From: Tortispora ganteri
Lineage: Eukaryota
Direction of reading: 5' to 3'
Assembly: GCA_003707115.1 (NCBI GenBank)
Contig: PPNB01000013.1
Coordinates: forward strand, 124,001-188,000
Length of the DNA stretch: 64,000 bases
The notes below the pieces were generated by a model, which saw only the letters and a program-made list of their open reading frames with translations, searched no databases and had not been told where the DNA came from. The position numbers were made by a program, and so were the translations under genes. Below are positions 52,801-63,481 of the stretch, one piece after another (position 1 is the stretch's first letter; every line of letters starts with the position of its first letter).

Positions 52801-53086
52801 TTACAATATCTTTATCTTCACGTCCACGAATAACTAAATTTATATTAGCCTCGTTGCAGCTACGTTTGATGAACTCTTTCTCCGATTTGGCGCGTCCAAG
52901 CACATCGGCGCGCCCTCCTAGTCCCAGATGGATACCGCAGACCACCGTACTCTTTCCCGTACCGTTAGGGCCAATTATCATGTTGAATTTAGGTGAAAAT
53001 CGAAACGTCGCAGCAGAATACGTTACGAAGTCAGTCAAACTAATCTGTACGATCGATCCGGGCGTAAATTTCTCATCAGTAGTCAT
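49850..53086 (-). CDS. SMC5: Structural maintenance of chromosomes protein Smc5
   Basis: PGSIV, DFVTY, GPNGTGKST, DNLCQFLPQDRV, QSGGERAVST, PFRLVDEINQGMD, QYFLITPKLL. Confidence 0.97.
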   Translation of the reverse strand: MTTDEKFTPGSIVQISLTDFVTYSAATFRFSPKFNMIIGPNGTGKSTVVCGIHLGLGGRADVLGRAKSEKEFIKRSCNEANINLVIRGREDKDIVINRKISYNGSEWSVNGKNSTKKAVVDIVASLGVQTDNLCQFLPQDRVADFAQMTPVDLLRRTEESASQGLAEKHDTLIRLHSEASDLKSTCQKTEDVLKQLELDHERQRVEVDAFHEYQSLKKQSAFWSVALNRVELSEMKTLHQHNKQHLSNNKHKLKETESAILDKRTMLEERRKQLESEKAKLRSAQNKSQTSSSKLYSLKKRNGDEIYSLSQASAKLTSAQQEYYEVEKSIASITEKIVEQDNAVKSFEDFSEQEREISTKRKELDSLKSEYHYKISEFKETRNAIIRDISKSEKRKTQLESEIASPVRLLNAQLGLLEKYNEKYTAQALKWLNNNTSEFQSNVFAPPLISASWDNNRAKIISSLVNQATMVSFVCENQSDFERFSELVLDQQGYNVNLKCISNGSLSNIKTPCDTAELQKYGFDCWAIDLIEAPTPVKVMLAENSQLSYTAVSFKGLSREQLDCARQVKKDGRLVFRNIISGNSFHQVKVSSYGKRNAISSNFELRDPRPLISQCGSTADVSRMHELETQRDELNNILKQKRKELAEVDLEVDKVKNKISGIDDELNELKSNSREIYLKQKSQKRLIIERNENIKKLKNLKQRDASFFEREREKNIKICADATDSIINVAKQIADYSVSLFEVSLKTKVHERMVEQCQFECNDLDREISELKQARESISDQITELQEAIERMKQKARAITQKEADNKELLDQEDLDKLETILAEQSMSRDVINEKVQNVDRLLRLKEGNVSDVIDAFKAREERMDELRSIIANLKERDTKTEEEIKTLRAEYETDVLKLVESVSTQFSDSMKRINCVGEVRLEKDEDYAKWKIVIMVKFRPNEALQPLTGFRQSGGERAVSTIYYLMALQGITRVPFRLVDEINQGMDPRNERLVHKRFVDLACDENSPQYFLITPKLLSDLEYHPKMMVHCIFSGSTLLDNDVEVSRPGGPSTLGKRKLVMLGDLRRHVKKVKAEAS

Positions 53087-53266
53087 ACTGGCGATAAGAA
53101 GAAAGACATCTCAACCTGGGTGGGATATACATTACACGGGCAAAATTAGAGTCGTCAGGGCAGGGTTAGGGTAATTGACAGACTACAGTTGTGCAAATAT
53201 ATTATTTGTATACAAAAAAAAGGCACAAAAACGCGAAATAGGATACAAAACTGCAATATTCAGCTT

Positions 53267-55356
53267 TTAGGCGTTCATGTAAGAAGAAGGATCAACACCT
53301 TCCTCGGGGTACTCGGGAACATCGACCTCGAAGCGTTCTTGAATAGACTTGAGCACTTCCTCATCTGCTTCGCTGCTGACAAATGAGATCGCAAGACCTT
53401 TGGTACCGAAACGACCAGCACGTCCGACACGGTGCAAATACGAAGCAGAATCAGCGGGCATGTCGTAGTTGATGGCCAAGTTGATACGCTCAATATCAAT
53501 ACCACGTCCAAAGACGTCAGTGGAAACACAAATACGCTTGCTGAATTCTTTGAATTCCTTGTAACGAGCAATACGCTCCTCTTGAGGAATACCAGAATGA
53601 ACAGCAATTGAAGGAAAGTTACATTCATTCAAAAGCTTATTCAACTCATTCGCACGGCTAGTGCTGCGCACGAATATGATAACCTGGTTGAACTCCAAAG
53701 TGTCAAGCAAATCGTTCAGTTTACGATTCTTCTGCTTTTCGTCAATCTTGCAATAGTATTGCTGGAGGCCATGAAGAGTCAACTTGGTTTCATCGTCAAC
53801 ATAAATCTCCAATGGATTCTGCATGAATTTCTTGCAAATCTTTCTAGTTTCGGGAGCCAAAGTAGCTGAAAACATCATAACTTGCTTCTGGCGAGGTGTA
53901 GCACGGAAAATCTCTTGGATCTCAGAGCGCATGTCTGTTAGTTAGTATGCATGTTGTAACAATGCTGATATATAACCCATGTATCGCCTGCAAAATAGCA
54001 AACAGAACTAAGATTAAAAACTTACCGGTTTCGAGAAGCTTATCGCACTCATCAAGGACGAATACCTTAAGAGCGTTCAGCTTCAAATGCTTCTCACGAA
54101 CAAGGGCCCATAAACGGCCAGGAGTAGCGACGATAATTTGAGGACACGTCTCCTTATTCTTAAGAATCTCAATATCCTGAGCAATGGGGATACCACCGTA
54201 AAAGACTGAAGTCTTAACATCAGGCATATACTTAGAGAATCGCGAATACTCATTTTTGATTTGATAAGCCAATTCACGGGTGTGGCACAATACTACAACA
54301 GCCACTTCACCGGGAATGGGATCTAATTGCTGCAAAGTAGAAAGAACAAATACAGCAGTCTTTCCAAGACCAGATTTGGCCTGGCATAACACGTCAGTGC
54401 CCAAAATAGATTGGGGAATGCAAACTTGTTGGACTAAATAATGTCAGTAATTTGTTTCAATAAACAGGAAAAATAATAAGAAACCACAACAAGACACATA
54501 TCAAATTGACATTCCTCAAGCTCTAAAGTTCACTGACAGATGTAATTAAAACGATGGAAGAAGAATAATGCGTGCTAGACATCTAACACGGCATTTAAAC
54601 TTAAGAACGAAAACGAAGAACTACAATGCATATATGGGACATGTGGTTCGTCGTTTCCGATCAGGAAAGTATACAACGGCAACTTGTGCTATTTAAGCCA
54701 AAAGAGACCAGAAAACCATGCTTTTCTGCGACGAAGTCGGGAGGGTCATTTGAGTCTAAAAACATCAAAGGTATAACAAGAAAATTGCTTCGCATTAGGT
54801 AAAGTAATTTTCTCAAATAACCTTAGATTAAAGCAGACCAGAGATACCCTGTTTCGCTTAGTTATTGTGTGTAGTAGCAAATTTCGCTAACACACAACTA
54901 GCGGCTTCATAAATCTTTAGTCGATCGTAGTTGCAATCGGTTAAATTGACGTTTACTTCTATACTTCCGGCAATTCAAGCGATTGAATCAAAGCGACAAA
55001 AGAAGTGTTCTATCCATAGTAATAATTTATCCGTAATGAACTGAGAATGAAAGCAAGAGGATCGGAACAAGAACGATACCAGGGAGAATAATAAGGTTCT
55101 TGTTCAGGGGTCGGTTTTGATGATATTTATCTATTATTTAATACTAACCCTCAGAAGGATGCTCAAAACCACAGTCAACAATAGCGCGAAGAAGCTCAGG
55201 TTTTAGAAGAAAATCGCGGAAACCAGTTGAATGAATACCAACATAAGATCCTTTCTTGTCATCGGATTCAGTTACTGCTTTAGCATCAGTAGATGGTACA
55301 GCAACATCCTCGGAGTCGGAGTAATCTAAAAGTTCTTCTTCGTGACTGGCGGCCAT
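53267..55356 (-). CDS. SUB2: DECD-box helicase Sub2/UAP56, 3 exons (55149-55356, 54026-54433, 53267-53934)
   Basis: [15 protein letters not shown] joined across intron 54434-55148 (GTTAGT..TACTGAC..TAG); [12 protein letters not shown] across intron 53935-54025 (GTAAGT..TACTAAC..CAG); [19 protein letters not shown]. Confidence 0.96.
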
Positions 55357-55630
55357 GACTACTTTCGTCTATTTTTTTTTTTGGGGCTAAGGATTCAATA
55401 GGACCTGATGGAACTATAAGAAGTCAGAAGTTGTTGGTCGAAGAAAGGATGTGTGCAACTAATAGAAAACAGGAGAAGCCGGGTAATATGTTGTCATGGC
55501 AACAAACTACAAACAACCATATGTACACCTTCACCTCTATAGGTGATAATGCGCGACAAACGAACGCTGCCATCGAAGATAACTTCACATTTTCCTAATG
55601 GACTCGAATCAACTTTTAGATTGATTTAGT

Positions 55631-55981
55631 ATGACTAAGAACCGAGATAAGTATGCGAGAGCGACATTTCTACACCAAGCGGCACAATTGAGTTGTAATG
55701 AAGGTTACGAGGAGTTGAGCCAAATGTATAACCTTGGTATGGAAAATATTTCGAAGAAGTCTGTTCTAAAGATTTCGCCACATCTTAAACGCGAAGTGTG
55801 CAAGAACTGCCGCATAACTTTGAACCCAGGCCGTAGCAGCATAATTAGAATTGAAAATAATTCGCGATCGGAAGATGTTAATTGTGATGTGCTGACAGTT
55901 ACATGCAGAAAGTGCGGTACAATGAAGAGATATCCAGTCGGCCAGGACCCAGAGTTTCAGCTATGGGTTGATCGTGAATGA
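55631..55981 (+). CDS. RPR2: RNase P subunit Rpr2/Rpp21 family zinc-ribbon protein
   Basis: R..FLHQAA, SKKSVLKISP.LKREVCKNC...L.PG, C.KCG..KRYP. Snm1 is not formally excluded. Confidence 0.85.
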   Translation: MTKNRDKYARATFLHQAAQLSCNEGYEELSQMYNLGMENISKKSVLKISPHLKREVCKNCRITLNPGRSSIIRIENNSRSEDVNCDVLTVTCRKCGTMKRYPVGQDPEFQLWVDRE

Positions 55982-58900
55982 TTGATAGGCGAATCGATAA
56001 GCATGATGAAAGAATGTAAAGTATTGGTGCTTTTTTTTTTTTTCCATCTGGTAGTATTTCACTCGAGTAAACTTATGCCTCCGTTGTTCGTCGCTTACTC
56101 AATATTGATAAGCTTGATGGCAGTGAGATTAATTACAATCCAAAAAGAGGCAGAGAGACACCTTGACGTATCTCCTTATTGGATGTTAGTTCCATCGAGG
56201 TCATAGTTTCAAGGGACATGCTAATGTAATGACCATAATGCGATCATATGTGCACAATGGAACGTAGAATTACGGTTTCGAAACGAACTTTCAATGAAGT
56301 TTGGTATAGATCGAGCGGACCTAAACCGAATCAGTGGCATCACGTTATTAGTGAGCGCTTAAGTCACACACAACCAGAGTCGTTGAACCTGGATATGACA
56401 CGACTGGATACATTTTCGGCGAACTGACAGACTAGAAAATGTCACAGCAGGAAAGCCTTTTACGTGAAGTTTAAAAAACCGCAAATTCGATCTTAATCTA
56501 ACTCGATGAAGATAAATAAGCGCGGTTATATGAAATTAATGGCTATTGTGAGGCCGAATAAAGAAACCAAAAAATTGGAGCGTAAATTTAGTATGCATTG
56601 AAAGCCAAAACAAACGCAGTTTTAACAATCAAATTAAGGAAATTAAATCAGCCAAAGTGGCATGCTAAGATTAGACCTTTACGTTGACACCATTATGCTA
56701 AGCTCGATAAAACTCTCACGCTTCAAACCAGAGCAGTATCACAATAATGGAAGAAACTAGATACGAGCCAGAGAAATCCGGTGGATTGCTGGTCGGCGTG
56801 ATGGTTGGACCGATCGCCATTTCCGAAGGTAGGAGCGAAACTATGTTTCGGCTATTCTTAACCCGAAATATACTGCTTAATGCACTATAACTCTATATTA
56901 ACTCTAACTTTAAGTTAAGAAAACAGTTAGGCTGCTGTACTTTAACAGAGCTGCCTCTATGTTTTGGCATATTTGTAGCTAATTAGCGAGGCCTATGTTT
57001 GTGGATAAAGATAAGATAATGCCGGTTGAAATGTGTATAGTGGTGAGTGGTACTCACCACTAGGCATAGGTTCAATGTAATCTATTAGAGACTTATCGAT
57101 CATTAATTGCGTTTAAAGGAAGGGAGAATGGATCGATATTAGGCCTTTATTACAGAGCTTTTTTTCACATGACAGAAACCCCGCTGTGAATGTGGTCAAA
57201 CTCTACTACGTGGTTATTCATTTGTATGTGAAACCTAGAAATTAAACTTTAGTACATAGTAGTAATTTCAATTAGAAGTTTAATTATTGAGCTTGTTGAG
57301 ATCAGGTGGCGGTCATGCAGCTTCATTGTTTCTTAGCAAATAGGGATACTCATATGATGGTGTAATTCGAGATAAAACAATTTGCAAATATAGCTAAACG
57401 TAGCAAGTTGTACATGGAATTTATTGCTATACAGGTAACTTTACCAGAGTTAGAGACGGGATAGTGGTAAAGTATACTTGTTTTGATAGGTTCTGCCCCA
57501 ATCAATTCGCGGTGCACTTAACCTTATCTAAAATTTAAGCCTGTTATGTTGTAGATCATTGGGGTATTAAACTGTTTGAAATATACAGATAGTTTAACAA
57601 ACAAAATTGATGAAATTATGCATATATTTTGCTATGTTCATAAAAAGAATTTAACTCTGTAAATTTATCAGTAAAGTATTTTTATGTTGAGAGATATATA
57701 TACTTGAAAGTATTCCTCTTTAGTGAGAACATGGGGAAACAACTATGGCAAATCTCTAATAAACGCTATTGCGGGACAACGCACCAGTGTAATACATGCT
57801 GGAATTTCTTGGATTTGAAACAGATAAATAAGCTGTGTAGCTTAATAAAGATTATTAATATTACATTATATACACGTACTTCTACAGCCAAGTATAAGAG
57901 TGAAGATGATCCATGTATATGATGTAGTGATAGTAAGACTATACTACAGGACACAGAATAAGGAATAAGGTTTATCCACCAAGTAATATGAAAAGTTGTC
58001 AAGTTTGATAGTTTTTTAGAAGTGTTAATATGTATTTCTATGTGATGCATATAAAGGGAAAAATTACTTATAAATTTGAGACAAGTGAGAGTTACTCTAC
58101 TTGTCTCTTCATCAAATGTTAAAACATTTTAAGTACTATCGATCTTGCTAGAGAGTATGAAGAGTGCATACTTTGCAGGAATAAAGTTAAAGTGCAGAGA
58201 TTGCGTTTATATAGCCTTATTTGAAGATCCTTAAGATTTGTCGATCATGAACAATAAACGATAATTTGCCCGGAAGCGAGTAATATATCCGAGGAAGACT
58301 GAACTGCATTGTATCGCACTGATAGTAATTTCGATAGTGACAGTTACAGCTAGGGGTCATAGTTATATCACGGTAAGGCAAGGTAATATTGTGCGGGGAA
58401 ATCGCAAGCTTAGATAATTGAAGAAAAAAGGTATTATTGTAACATGAGATACTTGTAATTAGTTATTGTGGTACTAACGCACATTATGTTTTGAGGATAA
58501 CCAAGAAAAAATGTACTGGTTGGGGAAAGCTAAACATGGAATGTACTATTGCGGGATATGATATAGAATGGCGGAAGAAAAAAACCATAAACTCAAGAAC
58601 CGAATGCCGCTACTTATTGCCGTAAACACTTTGATGTAGGACACAGCGAAGTTCAGTCGTTAAATTTTAAAGCTGTTACGTATATCTTATAGATATGACA
58701 TTAATTGACTCGAGAATCGATAAATCGATTTCATTTATATTAAGTACATACTCCTACAAAAATCTATTGATCTACTGGTGAACAATGTTTTTCACAATAG
58801 TTACGTAAGTTACATCCAGAGAAGCTTAAAAACTGGGTCTAAATGTAAAAAAAGAATATATATGTTACTATTCTATACGTATCGCGACTGGATAGATAGC

Positions 58901-60280
58901 TGCAAGTAGCAAACAAATACATAGGATATGGAAGATCTAGAATGCAGCGGGTGGCTATTTTATTAAGTTTTACTACCTTACATATAAATAAAAGTTTATT
59001 AAAATCTTTATGACCTTTAGCAAACCAAAAAATCACATTCTAATGTTAATCGAACACTGTGGAGAGTCTTTTTATTTAAAATTACATAGCTATCATATTA
59101 GCGAATCGCAAAGTGGTCATCTGTTAGATAAGTTCTATATTCTACAGGAGTTTTTGACCAAGGGTTATTTTGAGCAATATGAGAGTTATTGTGAACGTAA
59201 AAATTGGTGTAATATCATGCTAAAAGACTAGATGAATGGACGATTTAACCTGTCTAGCATTTTCTGAGCTTTAAGAGTAGCTAGTAAAAATCAAGAAACT
59301 CTACATTCAACTTTAATACTAACTCAAAATAATTGTAAAGAAGGTTATACTTTGAACAATCTTAATTATCACAACGCTGCATAGACTATACACTGCCTCA
59401 GTGATAGGTCAATGCGACATAGATAGGAGGATATTAGAGGACTCTGTTGAAAGGGGAAATATATATACAGCTTGTAAAAACATGAAGTAAATGTGAAGAT
59501 TTTGAGTGCTATAATTATAAGAAAGTGTTATTAATCTGTACCAATTTTAAATAATTAAAAATACTCCGAGAGCCTCTCCGAAGTATTTGTTCACGGTTAA
59601 TTATGCCTGAAAAGAAAAAAATGTCAGCTGCAAAGCTACATTATCTAAGTTGGCCTTCTCGCCGTGCTAGTTCTTTAATTTAATCCTCAATTAATATTCA
59701 ACTTAGACAATACGAATCGTCATTAAACTTTTTTCTTTCTTTCACTTCTTTCCAAGTCTAGTTAGATAGTTTTAGATCAATGAATGTCATAGTGCTTCAG
59801 CCGCACCTGCATGTCGATCGATCCCATGATTTGATCAACTTTTCACTTTTCACATCGGTTTTCTTTGGCCACACCAGGTCCTATTCGTTAAGTAGTCATT
59901 CGAAATGCTGTTTTTAGAGCTTGCTTGGATTCGGTAAATAGTTCCGATTGTCTCGGTATTGAAAGTGACCGGAAGCTCTCCGGCCCGCGAATCGGCATTT
60001 GTTTAAAAACGTGCTCCAAATGGCAGAGAACTCTATCAAAAAAGCTATCCACATCCAGGTGATAACTTATCGGAAATACACTAACTTAATAAAGCTTAGA
60101 GTTTTAAGCTTTCTGACATATCGTCGCTATTTGTCGTCTTCTGATTACTTTAATCTCTCATGTTAAGTTCGTTTCCTCATGTGGGGCCCGAGCCTCATAC
60201 TTTATACTTTTCGCCCGCTAACTTTGGTTATAAAGACCACACTAGTGGAATAATGCCAAGTCGCACATTAGTCGTAAAGG

Positions 60281-60330
60281 TATATAGATATATATATATA
60301 TATCTCAACACAACCTCCTATATATATATA
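60281..60330. repeat. Two (TA)n tracts in the homeobox gene promoter
   Basis: tatatagatatatatatatatat ... tatatatatatat. Confidence 0.75.
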
Positions 60331-60554
60331 TGTCTATAATTACCTTTTACTTCTACGTAACTACCTAAAACCTATAAGGTAATTCACACCTTTCTCAGTT
60401 TTTTCTCCATTTTGTTGATCGCTTATCTGGTTCCATCAGATACCTTGTTAATCTGGCTGCAATCTCTCTTTGACCCAGTCTCCTGCACACTCCCCACCAT
60501 CTCTTCGCCACTCTTAATTGCGATCCTCCTGCGTCGCCATAGTTATCCTGTCGC

Positions 60555-61697
60555 ATGCTTTCATCTCTAGGAAACTACCCTAACAAGCAGTATTCCGTTT
60601 CAAAGCAGTCCGAAGAAGAATCGAACGATAATTCTGTACAACCAAGAACAATCGAAGGTCAAATACCTCAACAGAAAAATCTCCAACAGCCATCACAGCC
60701 ATCACAAGCTCAACAACTTCAACATTCTCAACAACCACAGCAACAACCTCAGCCACAGCAAGAGAGCACTGTTTATGAACGAAAACCTGATTCAGCAAAG
60801 ATGTCTGCAGTATCAACGTACCCGCGCATTTCTGATTATACGCCTAGCGCTGCCACCAACCAGAACTCTACAGACATATTTGACCAGAGAAACATAGTCA
60901 GACTGCCAAATTCTTTTGCTCCCCCAATCCATTCCTCTTCAGCCCTTTTTACTCCTTCTTCATTCCCTTCGCCAACGTACGCCTATGGCAAATCCAGTTT
61001 CGCGTCCTCACAGCCTACCAGAATGAGCATACCAGCTTCAAGCGACATATCACACGCAAACTCTTCTTTTTCTCATAATACCACTGCTGCGCCCCCCACA
61101 ATGGGCACTCACTGGGACATGGAGTACCAGTACCACACTTCTAATGCACCCTCACGCCATTACGTGCTGACCGAGGATGCTGTTACTGCACGAGCTCTGT
61201 CGCGGTCTCAATACGCATACTCTAATGGAGCAGCAGCTTCTGGTATGCGTGCTGTCGATCCGTACAGTGAAGCATCCACAGCATACGGTACTACTTTGTC
61301 ACACGGTTATCCGAGTATCGAAGTTATGCGCCGACCAGAGTACCCTTGGACTGAAGCAATTGCAGCTGACTCGCAATATCATCGCAACCATGGGTTGAAT
61401 TATCAGAGAAGCTATCCGACTGCAGGCAACCTTGCAGACTACCCTCAACGTACTGATTATAGCTCAAATAGCTATCGTGTTAAGGGTAAGCGACATAGAA
61501 TGACTCCTGAACAAATACGGCGCTTGACCGAGGTGTTTGAAATTACGCAATTTCCAACGTCAGAGGAGCGTCTGGCATTAGCTACAGAGCTAAACATGAA
61601 GGTCCGTTCAGTACAAATATGGTTTCAGAATAGGAGGCAAGGAGTTAAAGCAGCTAGAAGACTGTCTGCGAGTAATACTAAGTTGTCCGAGCAATAG
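60555..61697 (+). CDS. Homeobox transcription factor with C-terminal homeodomain
   Basis: KGKRHRMTPEQIRRLTEVFEITQFPTSEERLALATELNMKVRSVQIWFQNRRQ; Gln/Ser-rich N-terminus. Confidence 0.92.
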   Translation: MLSSLGNYPNKQYSVSKQSEEESNDNSVQPRTIEGQIPQQKNLQQPSQPSQAQQLQHSQQPQQQPQPQQESTVYERKPDSAKMSAVSTYPRISDYTPSAATNQNSTDIFDQRNIVRLPNSFAPPIHSSSALFTPSSFPSPTYAYGKSSFASSQPTRMSIPASSDISHANSSFSHNTTAAPPTMGTHWDMEYQYHTSNAPSRHYVLTEDAVTARALSRSQYAYSNGAAASGMRAVDPYSEASTAYGTTLSHGYPSIEVMRRPEYPWTEAIAADSQYHRNHGLNYQRSYPTAGNLADYPQRTDYSSNSYRVKGKRHRMTPEQIRRLTEVFEITQFPTSEERLALATELNMKVRSVQIWFQNRRQGVKAARRLSASNTKLSEQ

Positions 61698-61807
61698 TTC
61701 GGCTAGTATCACGACCCACACTTTGCTCGATAAATAAACTGAACACTAGCAGAAGCACATGCTAGCAATCCACTAATATGAAAGGGAAAGTAATACTCTT
61801 AATGAAG

Positions 61808-61860
61808 GAAAAAGAAAAGAAAAGAAAAGAAAAGAAAAGAAAAGAAAAGAAAAGAAAAAG
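61808..61860. repeat. (GAAAA)n pentanucleotide microsatellite, about 10 units
   Basis: Direct reading. Confidence 0.92.
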
Positions 61861-61904
61861 AAGTGACGGAACGGCAACGAAAGGAGGGGAAATAAAGAAA
61901 GGAC

Positions 61905-62024
61905 GCAAGGAGCAAGGAAGCAAGGAAGTAAGGAAGTGAGGAAGCAAGGAAGCAAGGAAGCAAAGAAGCAAGGAAGTAAGGAAGCAAGGAAGCAAGGAAG
62001 CAAGGAACCAAGGAAGCAACGAAG
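61905..62024. repeat. GCAAGGAA 8-mer tandem array, about 15 imperfect units
   Basis: Direct reading; variants GTAAGGAA, GTGAGGAA, GCAAAGAA, CCAAGGAA. Confidence 0.9.
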
Positions 62025-63481
62025 ACAACAGCAAACCACTAATATGAATGATACCGACAGGAGACTATCAGTCATATCAGATAATAAGTCACAAAAATGC
62101 TCTATCTAACATGATAGATAGGAGCAACTATTATGTATCTAAGATTCTCACGTGTCTCTGACATTCTATTAGCAGCAGAGAAACATCTAAGCTGTGTCTG
62201 CTGATGTAGTTGCGGTCATTCCTATTTGCTGTATGCGAAGATACAAATGAGCTGCAAGGTGAGTTTTTCCCTTATTTTAATATTCTTCAAACTGATGTGA
62301 CAGTTAAATTGACTGACTTGACAGCTTTGGAAAGCATTTATCCTGCGTTATGGTGGACTTTATTATTTTTCATTTCGTTCATGAATATTCCGACGAATTC
62401 CATATGGATGAAATCTTCTTATACTTCACTATTATGAATAGAGATGATACGATAATACTTGTTCCATGCTGATATTTGACGACAGTAAACCATGACTGAC
62501 AGCTGTTTACTTATCCATTATGTGCTTCCGGATTCCGACGCTTTTACGTGCGTTGTCGGTACCGGTATAGCCATCCTGCACAACCTACTACTGGCCAGTC
62601 AGTTGTGTAATCTTCATAGCTAGCATTACTTATATTTGTAATTTTTTTCCCCGAAGGGCCATCTGATAAGCCCGTTGCTGTTATAGACGTTAAAGCGCCA
62701 TTTCGATGTAGAAGAGAGAAGATTACAGCTTAATATAAAGCAGTAGCTGAATTACCCCAACCCTAACAATATGTTATCTTATCGAGGCAGTGAAGTTCAC
62801 ACTAGTCGCTGACATATATGGTATGCACAAGAAAAAAGGAAATCAATCACATAAATAATAAACAATCTAGAGGTTAGCGGGTCAAAATTGGCCAGTGCAT
62901 GCAAATCTCACGTGGCTTTCTAAAAGCCTATTATGTTAATTAATTTTGACATATTTCATAGTTCAATTGATGCAAATCCGGGAGGTTGGTATAGCAACTT
63001 AAGGTTTGTCGCAACTGCCACAGCTGTCGCAAAACAGGCGCGATTATCGGTCAGTATGACGTTCCTGGCTAAGTACTAGCGATTTACGGAGATAAATCAT
63101 GTATCTTTAACATTTAGAGGTGCTGCTTAAGTAAGTCGAGTACAAGATAATGGTGAAGCACAGCAAACCACTTTAGTTGGATCACAGATGATCCCAAGGG
63201 TTTAATATGTAGCATTCACTGTAAGTTGATCACGTCATTAATAACAGATAATAACTCCATGAAGGTGATCATAAACCCATTCTAGGTTCTCTGGTTTATG
63301 ATACTGAAGAGCCCAGTTGTATGCTGTTATATCTATCAGCAGGTTCAACTTTGTTGAAGAAGGTGGGGTAAATGATTACTAATCATTAGGTATAAGGTTT
63401 GAGAACTGGTGCCTTATACAAACGTCTTCCAGTAATTTCCATGAAAATATCATCACTTCCATTTCATCTAACTGCGCAAGA

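Noticed and set aside
53150..53175. GTCAGGGCAGGGTTAGGG telomere-like or G-rich patch upstream of SMC5
   Set aside because: Only three G-tracts and one TTAGGG; too short to call.
53935..54025. Possible micro-exon in SUB2 intron 2 (internal TTTTGCAG; junction one residue shorter than usual)
   Set aside because: No good donor follows the internal AG, and single-intron splicing is already in frame.
53922..55356. SUB2, SIN3 and FSH appear as broken ORFs in the track
   Set aside because: Canonical introns restore the frames; they are not pseudogenes or frameshifts.
268..55981. Many RNA-processing genes (RRP40, RRP43, CWC25, PRP21, Gemin2, SUB2, RPR2, TRM44) as a functional cluster
   Set aside because: They are interspersed with unrelated genes, and such genes are common in a compact yeast genome; enrichment cannot be shown here.
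61905..62024. Tandem array as a CRISPR or telomere
   Set aside because: No spacers, eukaryotic context and an internal position with a gene beyond it; the telomere unit of this species is unknown to me.
61762..62075. Three overlapping Leu/Phe-rich minus-strand ORFs
   Set aside because: Artefacts of translating the GAAAA and GCAAGGAA repeats.
63268..63302. 10-bp inverted repeat ATCATAAACC/GGTTTATGAT upstream of the hydrolase
   Set aside because: Isolated and short, with no target-site duplication or second copy to support a MITE.
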